Shown here: piece by piece, positions 54,721 through 64,000 of the stretch
Position numbering within the stretch: position 1 is the first letter of the stretch
How the letters are laid out: each line of letters opens with the position of its first letter
DNA from: Lama guanicoe
Lineage: Eukaryota
Direction of reading: 5' to 3'
Length of the DNA stretch: 64,000 nt
NCBI GenBank assembly: GCA_013239625.1
Contig: MU053304.1
Location: 1,860,001-1,924,000 of the forward strand
Made by a program: the position numbers and the translations under genes
The notes under the pieces: generated by a model
What the model was told of the DNA's origin: nothing
Seen by the model: the letters and a program-made list of their open reading frames with translations, nothing else
Databases searched by the model: none

Positions 54721-56013
54721 ATTGTAAATATTTAAAATTATTTACACTTTAAATATTTTCTTCAGACACCGACCCATCTACTTTTATCTGCCATTCTGTG
54801 AAGGATTTGCCAAGTGATAGCATAGAATGAACAATGTGGTATTTTTGGAGCTTCATTTTATTCTATCCCAAATCCCTTAATCCTCCTAAAGGAGTTTGCT
54901 GGAAATTATTTGACAAGGATAATTAGCAGAACGAGTAGCTGTTTTTCCATGCAGAATTCTATCTGCGTGTGTGTTTAAGAATGAACTCATTTCAACAAGA
55001 GAAATTGAGGGTCCCGTTTCTCTGTAGTCTATTCTCCACTCAATTCTGTTTTATTACCAGCCCTGAGAAGCCAGGGCAGATCAGATAGAGGTCTAATTTT
55101 CTGTTATCACAGAGGCAAGTGATAATTGAATAAGCTCTGTGAACACTCCTGAACGCTTGGGCTGTCTGGGGAGAAGCATTGTTACATTGTTTCATTTTAC
55201 ATTGTTTTTGTATCATCTCCGAGTAATAACAAAGGACTAGTCAGAGGTCAGCAAAGGACTCAGAGATAAGCACCTTCCTTAGAACATGAACAGAATTTAA
55301 AGATATGCAACTGAATTTTTATCTCCCATATCCAGCAGGGTCTCATTTCTCTGTAATCACCCTCCAAAATAATGAGGTAGAAACCATCATGAAACTCTGC
55401 TTCACGTAAGTCATCATCATGATGCCTTCTAGCTTGCTGTTGTCATGCAAGCTGATCATTTTGGAGCCTTTAATTAAAAAACATCACCTTAAATAGAATG
55501 GTTCATCAGGTAGGAAACTGGAAGTTATAGGTAAGTGCATCTGTAAGGGAGATGAACTGGACAGTCATTTTTCATGAGGAAATCCTTCAATGGTCCAGGA
55601 TGTGGAAAAGGAGATTTCAATTTAGATTCTTAGTATTGTTTGTCATGACCCGCAGCTAAAAATATCAGAGTTGGTGTATTCCTAATGAGCCTTGATTTTT
55701 AACTATTTTTGCCTTAGAAAATTCCTCTAAACACGCGTTCCTGAAATCCACATTATTTAGGGCCTTGGGTTGGGGGAGGCTTTTCTCCATGAACTTCATA
55801 CTTCTTTGCTGGACGCCTGTTATCTGCAGAAGGGTTAAATGTTAGGACGACCTTGGGGAGCGCCCCCCAACAGCACAAGTAGTTAAAAATGCATATTCCA
55901 CAGGAGCAGCGTTTCTGTTAGAGCAGCAGCTCTGAGCCACGGAGCTCATTTCCCAGCGACCGCAACACTTTTCTTATGAGAGAATAATTGACCCATTTAC
56001 GGTCTTGTTTCAG

Positions 56014-56319
56014 CTTGTTGCAGATCCTTGCGCCAGCAACCCGTGTCACCATGGCAACTGCAGCAGCAGCAGCAGCCGCAGCGATGGCTACCTCTGCATT
56101 TGCAACGAAGGCTATGAAGGTCCAAACTGTGAACAGACACCTGCCAGTGTCCCAGCCTCTGGCTGGACAGAGTCCATGGCACCCAGACAGCTTCAGCCTG
56201 TCCCGGCTACCCAGGAACCTGACATAATTCTGCCCAGCTCTCAGGCAACTGTCACTCTGCCCACGTGGCAGCCGAAAACAGGGCAGAAAGTTGTCGAAAT
56301 GAAATGGGATCAAGTGGAG
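56014..56319 (+). CDS. DNER: DNER coding exon 2 (EGF-like repeat plus Ser/Thr/Pro-rich linker)
   Basis: Translation LVADPCASNPCHHGNCSSSSSRSDGYLCICNEGYEGPNCEQ...WQPKTGQKVVEMKWDQVE matches DNER as I recall it. Acceptor ttgtttcag ends at 56013; donor GAG|gtgaga at 56320; 306 nt, phase 0/0. Confidence 0.97.
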
Positions 56320-57713
56320 GTGAGAAAATTTTAGTGAATATGTTTTTATATAAGGAACCAGTACAGTTAAAATAGCTTCAGTGGTTCTAATATCAGCAGT
56401 AAAAATGGAATAACTTCCACATTGAACAAAATGATATGCCTGACTTCTTTCCTGTCTGCATTTGTGTACAGGAACTCTGTCTCATTTATGCAAATGAGAC
56501 TTTTCAGTTATGATTGTTTTGCACCATGAAAAGAGTAAACAAGAAAAGAAAATGAATGAAATTATTTTCTGGAATGATATCCACATACATTTCTGTGAGA
56601 TAATCTTAGACTCGGGGGCAGGTAGCTCAATGAAGAGTCATAGAAACAAGCGTATCACAGACCCTCCATTATTGACTAATCTTACTTCATGGACTTTTAT
56701 GCTCCATTTTTTGTTTGTTTGTTACTGTTTAGGTTTTATATTTTGTAACTTGTAGCCCTTTAATGGGAATTGGGGGGGGGAAGCCATCATTGATTTTAAA
56801 AATCCTTTTGGCAATGCATTTGAGAATGATATTTCCAAATTTTATTCATTTTGGCAGCAGCAAATTCTGTTTATTGAATCTTGTCCAGTCTGGGTTGAGT
56901 TTACTGTATTTTCAAACTCATCAAAAGTCTCACTTTGAGGGTTTTCCAGCAGACCTTTAAAAGTTGACATAAAATATAAATATTAGGAGAACTGAAGAAC
57001 AATTGAAGTCATGAATTTGAGGTGACATGGGCAGAGGGTAATTCCATTCCGTATCTTATCCTTTATAAGACCCCCCCATAGACCTGTGGTTGTAGATTAT
57101 TACAGGTTTTGTAGCTTAAGTGAAAATAAAAACAAAACAAAACCCATATAGGTCTTTGTGTAGCATTTTTAGAGTCTAAGAATATGTCTAGAAACTTTGC
57201 TTCTTGTTATCAAAGAGGTAAGGCAGCATTTCTTGTTTTATTTTCTTGGGTAATTCTAACCAGTTGACCCGCTTTTTTTTTTTTCATTGCCACATGATTT
57301 GTGAAGACCCCATTCAGCCTGCAGGGCAGTTCTTATTCTACCTGTTCTAATTTGAGACTTGAAATAGGGGTTTTGAAGTTATGATTTTAATACCTCTTTG
57401 CTGAAGGACTCACTTCTTGAATGTGAACTAGATTTGGTTCCACGTTTACAAGGAGGTATCCTTTAAAGAAAATTTCCCCCAACCTGCCATTTCAATCTAT
57501 TTCTGTAAAGACATGCTATCCTACAGTCCATAAACGTAAAAAAGAAACGACTCATCTTCTTGTCACTCTGTTATTTGTTCGCCTGTTTAAAAAGCAGGTT
57601 AAAAGTGTCGGAGGGAGCCGTGAATATATTTCTGGACAAATAAGTTCTACGCAGTGGGAGTGGAGTGTAAGTGCTGAGAATTTCTGTGTTGTTCTCAGTG
57701 ATGATGGATACTT

Positions 57714-57849
57714 AAAAATTTCTTTTTCTTTTTTCTTTGGTAGGGAAATAATTAGGTTTATTTATTTATTTTAATGGAGGTGCTGGGGATTGAACCCAGG
57801 ACCTCATGCATGCTAAGCACAGACTCTACCCCGGAGCTATACCCTCCCC
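57714..57849 (-). mobile_element. Vic-1-like SINE in DNER intron 2
   Basis: taattaggtttatttattt...ggggattgaacccaggacc...gctataccctcccc. Confidence 0.9.
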
Positions 57850-58617
57850 TAAGACGGCTACTTTTAATATCCTTTTATTTTTGACTCTCAGGGGTGTGCG
57901 CAGGGATGGCATGAGGAATGAATGAATAAATGAGTCAGAAGCACCTCATGGACAGAGCTCAGGTGTCAGCAGTATGCTACCTGATCAGCACAATTTCCCA
58001 CCTTGAGCTCCGTTTTTGGTACCCATCAGTATAATACTTTCCGGAACATGTTAGTTAAGAATGAAAGTGTGGTCCACAGGGGAAGAAAGGGCAGCTCCCA
58101 GCTACCTGGCCTTAGCGTGTGCTCCTGAGCCCACCTCCGCACAGAACAGGGCCATCCAGACCAGACACATCCTGCCTGTTGCTCGCCGGAAGGCTCACTC
58201 TCCTCGTCATTCACTTTTCTGCCTGCTGCCTGGAAACCAGTCCTTAAAGGCCACCTCCTTGTCCTCTAAGTGCTCAGTCCCTGTTACCCTCAGACTGAGC
58301 AGAGAGCAGAGCAGCCTGCCGGGTGGGGAAGCGCATCTTCCCCTGTCCCTGCACCATCCTGTCGGCAGTTTTAGTCACTGCAGTAATTCCTCGACTGATC
58401 TCAGCAGAGCTTTCACATTTCCGAAGCTCAAATGGCCAAGTTTTCATTTTCTTTTGTTTGTAAGTTTTCACTTCTCCGCTCAGGGTGCTGTCCCCAGTGT
58501 CATCCAAAGGAATGGAGTGGCTGCAGCTCGTGGAGTTTTGCTTTCTAATACTATCCTGTACTCTGATTAACCCTCATAACTTGTCTTTTCGTCATTGTTG
58601 CTCTTTTTCTTCCCCAG

Positions 58618-58712
58618 GTGACTCCAGATATCGCCTGTGGTAATGCCAGTTCTAACAGCTCTGCAGGTGGCCGTCTGGTGACCTTTGAAGTGCCGCAGAA
58701 CACCTCAGTCAA
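58618..58712 (+). CDS. DNER: DNER coding exon 3
   Basis: Polypyrimidine tract and ccccag acceptor; encodes VTPDIACGNASSNSSAGGRLVTFEVPQNTSV(K); donor AA|gtaagg; 95 nt, phase 0/2; continues the exon 2 frame. Confidence 0.96.
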
Positions 58713-59701
58713 GTAAGGAAACTCTCAGTTAAACGTTGTCATGATTGATACTGTGACTAGATGCCCGGTGGTGTCTAATCACGCAGCTGGGCTGTAACTG
58801 TCAGTCCAGTGAGAATCCTGAACAGATAGATGTGGCCTATGTCACTCAAACACTAGAGGGAGCTGTCTCAAAGGAGCTGATTCCGGTGAGGCTGGAGACG
58901 TGTTAGTGGATAGGAAGAAAAGAAATCCAGGTGCCTTAGGTAAGATCTGCAGCCAGACCCTTCACTTCCCCACGTGACCTTTGCTTCCAAAATTCTTTGG
59001 CTTCTTAAGATTTCAGTGGACCGTTGGTTAAATTGGTATGCATAACTTACCCCAAATTGAAAATCTGAACATTGCAATTTTCTCTTTAAAAACAAACAGG
59101 TGAGAAGAGAGTGTTTTGTTTTGTTTTAAATGTAAGCTCCTTCAAATTACATAATTGCCCGCTGTCACTGGTGGGGATTGGGGGATGCAAAGGGAAGCAG
59201 TGCTGACTGGGCACCTGCGGGGCACCAGGTGCTGTGAGTCGGTGAGTTGCTGGGGAGTGGGGGTGGAGGCAGCACCCCAGACACAGCGGCTCCCACTATT
59301 GACCCTCCTCTGTTGCTATTAACTACCACTCCCCACCCAACCCCTCATGCAACCAAATAGGCGTTTGCTGTCTGGTCCTCAGGCACTTTGGAAGACTGGG
59401 GGACAGGTGACCCTGGCCTGGTTAACCAGTGCTGCATCCGCGCCATGTTCAGAGGGCGGTGGGCACTGGAGACCCACTCTTCACTGACACAGGATCATTT
59501 TTGCCCATCTTGCCTTCTAAACAGTGGAGCCAGCCCCTGACAATATTTGGAAGAGGGGATTTGTTCATTACCCCTGCATCCCCTGCCCCCTCCCTTGAAC
59601 TCATGTGGAGGGAAGGGCCAGGATGGGCAGTGAGCTCTGGACACCGGGAGGAAGTCCCCACCCTGGGAGAGACGTGGCATCCCAGGCAGCTTTGAGTTCT
59701 A

Positions 59702-59715
59702 CCAGCAGGGGGAGC
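59702..59715 (+). promoter_or_regulatory. Candidate CTCF core motif
   Basis: CCAGCAGGGGGAGC closely fits the CTCF core; motif match only. Confidence 0.4.
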
Positions 59716-60895
59716 CCTGTCCTAAGCGTTTTGTTGCTCGCACTACAGACGAAACCCCACCATCCAGAGCTGATTTCAGAGAAATAAGGATCATTTATGT
59801 TTATGAAACCATCTGCCAGTTTTTTCCTGTCTAGGTCATATTGTTTTACTTTACTAAGTCTTTCTGAATAATTCTGATCTTTCCTTTTAAATGCCTTATT
59901 TTTTCCCCCTTTCAACAAACTTGAAATTCCTCAAGACTTTTTTAAGGCTGCAGAGCTGGACAGAAATAGCAGATTGTGACCCAGGCTGAGTAAGATGGGA
60001 GTGCTTAATGATCTCTGGGTGCTGCATTCACTTGGGAGGTCTCCTAGCCCCTTCATTTTCCTTATTCGTGAGTTTGATCATTTATCAGCCCTTTATCGAG
60101 CCCCCTGCTGCAAGCCAGGAGCTCTGTGCTGCGCTCAGCTCTGAGCACTGACACGCATTTCCCCAGCGGCACAGAGGATGGGCGGACAGCTGCCGGATGC
60201 TGGGAAGATGCTCAGGGGAGATCTCAGAGGAAAGGTGATAGTGGGTTAAGCCTTGGAAAATGACGCATCTCCCTGGTGGAGGAGGAGGCAAAGGCTGAGA
60301 GTCAGGACAGCGCCTGGGCAGCGACAGTAGCTCTTTGTTGCAGGGGCACCGGGTAGCAAGGATGGAGCTGCGAGGTTTGAGGCTGAGAGGGAGGTGAGGC
60401 CGAGGTGGACGAGTCTTCTGTGGCATCTCATTCTTTGAATTTTATCCGGAGAACAAGAAAAAAACAGGGGGAAGCCTGAAGCATGGGAGGAGACACACTT
60501 TGACTCATTTTAGCAGCACAACTCAGTGGTTTTGGGATGTACACACATTTATAATAAATTCAAACAGGACTCTTTATATGTATAAACATGGAAGGAGTCG
60601 TCTCTAAACTCAATATACCCTTTTATTATTGATTAACATGGTTGCACACAGATGAGTTATCTGTTAGTGATTTTGTGGTGTATTTTTGATCAAGTGGGGA
60701 GAGAGGCATTTCCAACAAGTTGGGGGAATGCCCGCTCTGAGCAGGCACCTGTTTGGAAGATCATTTCATCCATTTCTCATTACCTTTGCGGATGTACGTG
60801 TTGTCTGTATTTCTGTGTTTCATTTGATGGCCTGATTCATCCTAAGATGATTTTTTTTGTAAGAGGCTTTCTGTTTACTTTATCCCTGTTTTCAG

Positions 60896-61062
60896 AATTC
60901 GGCAAGACGCCGCAGCCTCGCTGATTTTGCTGTGGAAGGTCACGACCACGGGGTTTCAGCAGTGCTCCCTCATTGATGGCCGCAGCGTGACCCTCCTCCA
61001 GGCCCCCGGGGGCCTCGTTCTCTTGGAGGAGATGCTCGCCTTGGGGCACAATCACTTCATCG
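60896..61062 (+). CDS. DNER: DNER coding exon 4
   Basis: Acceptor gttttcag; (K)IRQDAAASLILLWKVTTTGFQQCSLIDGRSVTLLQAPGGLVLLEEMLALGHNHFI(G); donor G|gtgagt; 167 nt, phase 2/1. Confidence 0.96.
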
Positions 61063-63184
61063 GTGAGTTATGCAGATCCTGTATCCAAAACTGCATCTGA
61101 TTCAACCCCACCTGGGCTTGGTGTTTAGAGAGTATAGAAGGAATTTTGCCCAGATAATCTGAATTCTAGCCATCAACTGAATTCCCTCCATTTTAGGCGA
61201 GATTTGGCTTATAATCAAAATTGCCTTCTAAGATAGTATTTCCAGTGTGGCTCAAAATGGAAAAAGTGTGGGCTCTGGAACCTGGAAGCTGTACCCCAGC
61301 CCTGGCCAGAGCGACATCGGTGTCTGATCTTTGGCATTTCACGCTCTGAACCTTGGCTTCATTTTTGCCTCTTCAGTCCTTTTTCTCCAGGAGTTGTGGG
61401 CGACTCGAGGCATGGAATGCTGGTGTCTAAGAAGAGCCTCGGTTTCTGCTTGATCTTGGCCTGACCCAGGGTCCTGGACTCAGTACCTTAGCAAGCAATT
61501 TACCACTTCTGAGCCTGTGACTCAGAATAAACTTGCAGGGAAGGGGCTCATAATGCACTTTGAAGTCTCTCTTCCCCACACCCACCGCCCCTCCTCCACA
61601 GGTCACTTCTGAGTTTTCACTTTTTCGAAACATGGTTAAGTCTCTAATTTAAGTCTCTAATTTAACCTTCTCTCAACTACCGTGTGTCCAATGAGCTGTT
61701 TTCAGATTTCTCTGCCCTGGAGGAGAAATAACCTTTAGAAAAGTGTGCTTCCCTGCCCCCTCCTGCCCCCTCCATCTCCTGCTCCCCTCAAGGGCTCACT
61801 TGCGCAGTTTCCAGAGGACGTTCTCCTGGTTTAGTATTCAGACTGTGCCCTGACATTTGTCTTCATCCCCCACCCCGTGTCGAGTGCCTTTGGGACTGGG
61901 ACTCGTAACTCTGGCCCCTTAGCAGGTTGATATCATCACCTTCTTTATTCCACCTTGCTTCCATCATGCAGCCTCAACTCGAAGACACAAGCTCAAGTCT
62001 AGACTGTGCCCATCCCAATCCAATGCACCCAAGTGGCCCACTGCATCCTGCTGTGAATACCTTCTTCTGCCAATCACATATCCCATCAGTCCGCACCTGG
62101 AGGACAGGGGGTGGGTTATGGGGTAGGGGCAGCCTCTGTCTCTCAGGGATGTTGGAAGGATTTAACGAAAGTGGATGTGAAAGAATAAATTACACATGTT
62201 AGGGATGATTTTGGTTACTGTCACTATTTTTTTCTGTGGTCCACTAAATATTTTGCTAAATTTAATGGAAACATTAAGACATTCTCCAAGATTTGTGTTT
62301 GATGCAAGTATCATAATGAAGATAAACTGGTAAAATGAAATGCCTACTTCTGTGTAATTTATATTGTGTTTTATATTTGGTCCTTCTCTGATGATAATGT
62401 CATGTCCCAATCTTTGGAAATCCAACTGGGGGAGGCAGGGGTTTTATTGGTCGGAGAGATGAGGCAAAATCAGCTTGGGAAATGGACATGCTGGGAAAAG
62501 GGGGGACAGTATACAACTTTGGACCAGTTTTTCACTATTAATATGGATACTAGACTATTAGTTAGAAATTGTGTGACAAAGTATTGTCAACAGTTAAATC
62601 TAAATTTTATTGCCCAATACATTACAAGTTACTATTATTTGCTTCCACATCTGTCACTACTGTCACTACTCTTTAAAATGTCATTAATGTTACCAGAAGA
62701 TATACATTTGAAATGTTATCTTACCTTTTGTACTACTTTTGGTTGTAACATAGCTGTGACTTTAGACTAATATTGGGAGTAGGGATGAAGATTAATAGAG
62801 AAAGATTTTTCCAGCAGTAATGTTAATTTATTCTTCTGAGATACAAGAAATTTTATGAACTCCAGCAGAATTTGTGTTCATTTTGCTAACAAAAAATTTC
62901 ATGGAAAAACATGTCTCTTTGATTGGAATATATTGTTCCTTAGAGGAATAATTTCCAAAAAGTTAATTTGATATATTCATAACTAAATGAAGGAATTCTT
63001 TCTCAGAAATTATACTTTAGGTTATAATGAGGAAACAAGGATTTTGATCCTTTATTTCTGAAAACCACTATTTTCCATTTTGAAAATCTGTGATCTGATG
63101 ATCTCTTTTAAAATTTCCTAACTAGAGCTTTCTGTTTCATGTGGCTTTGGGACAGGCTCACCATCTTTTAATGTTACTCTTTTT

Positions 63185-63290
63185 CCTGTGCTGAGAACTT
63201 TTTCTCTTTTAAATGGAGGTAGTGGGGATGGAACCCAGGACAGTGTGCGTGCGAAGCATGTGCCCTACCACCGAGCTGTGCCCTGCCCCG
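63185..63290 (-). mobile_element. Vic-1-like SINE (GC-shifted copy)
   Basis: TSD tgttactcttttt. Confidence 0.85.
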
Positions 63291-63415
63291 TGTTACTCTT
63301 TTTAAAGATAGCCGTCTTGTTTCACAAGCTCCTTCTGAGGGACAGTGTCTGGCTTCCTCGTGATGATAAATTGGTGACACTTACACACTGCCAGCTCCTT
63401 TTACAAAATCTTTTT

Positions 63416-63816
63416 TTTTTACATTTTTTTATTGATTCATAATCATTTTACAGTGTTGTGTCAAATTCCAGTGTTCAGCATGTTCAGCACAATTTTTCAG
63501 TCATTCATGGACATATACACACTCATTGTCACATTTTTTTCTCTGTGATTTATCATAACATTTTGTGTATATTTCCCTGTGCTATATAGTGTAATCTTGT
63601 TTATCTATTCTACAATTTTGAAATCCCAGTCTATCCCTTCCCACCCTCTACCCCCCCCGTAACCACAAGTCTGTATTCTCTGTCCATGAGTCTATTTCTG
63701 TCCTGTATTTATGCTTTGTTTTTGTTTGTTTTTGTTTTTTAGATTCCACATATGAGCGATCTCATATGGTATTTTTCTTTCTCTTTCTGGCTTATGTCAT
63801 TCTAAGTGAAGTAAGC
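63416..63816 (-). mobile_element. L1 3' end with 5' inversion
   Basis: TSD tacaaaatcttttt (63402-63415 and 63817-63830); last 22 nt in the opposite orientation. Confidence 0.9.
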
Positions 63817-63852
63817 TACAAAATCTTTTTATCTAAAAGAAACAAGATTTCT

Positions 63853-63990
63853 GGGGGGAACATATAGCTTAGTGGTAGAGAACATGCTTCGCATGCCTGA
63901 GGTCCTGGGCTCAGTTCCTAGCACCTCCATTAGAAAGACAAACAAACAAACCAACCGAATTACCTCCTTCCCCACCCTGGGGGTAAAAAA
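63853..63990 (+). mobile_element. Vic-1-like SINE
   Basis: tagcttagtggtagag...ggtcctgggctcagttcc...aattacctcc; aaaagaaacaag on both flanks. Confidence 0.85.
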
Positions 63991-64000
63991 GAAACAAGGC

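Larger units (their letters stand above)
1..56013 (+). other. DNER: 3' part of DNER intron 1
   Basis: No signal-peptide/EGF1 exon seen upstream of exon 2; DNER has a very long first intron. Confidence 0.85.

Noticed and set aside
56014..56023. Alternative acceptor ttgcag 10 nt inside exon 2
   Set aside because: It would shift the frame; the upstream AG restores the expected LVADPC sequence.
55918..56313. Antisense and alternative-frame ORFs with poly-Ala over exon 2
   Set aside because: By-products of the (AGC)n tract and GC-rich codons of DNER.
58061..58570. 169-aa ORF in intron 2 (longest in the track)
   Set aside because: No recognisable domain or splice support; composition typical of random intronic ORFs.
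1..64000. CRISPR arrays, operons or other prokaryotic systems
   Set aside because: The sequence is mammalian intronic DNA; no regularly spaced repeat-spacer structure was seen.

Overview
Mammalian genomic DNA, probably camelid (inferred from about 13 copies of a tRNA-Ala-derived SINE resembling Vic-1 and from cetartiodactyl-type L1 3' ends). The window lies within the DNER gene (Delta/Notch-like EGF repeat-containing receptor) on the + strand. It holds about 56 kb of the long first intron, coding exons 2, 3 and 4 (306, 95 and 167 nt, canonical AG/GT sites, continuous frame) and the start of intron 4. The rest is intronic and rich in transposable elements; the other ORFs in the track look like noise. 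Repeat family names are from memory of consensus sequences and need RepeatMasker/Dfam confirmation. Best observations: (1) an ERV LTR copy ending in poly(A) at its own polyadenylation site with a 16-bp target-site duplication (TSD), i.e. probably mobilised by L1, with a U5-containing LTR of the same family 13 kb away for comparison; (2) an L1 with a 22-nt 5' inversion; (3) multi-level TE nests; (4) an altered poly-Ser tract in a DNER EGF repeat. I found no convincing wholly new biological system.
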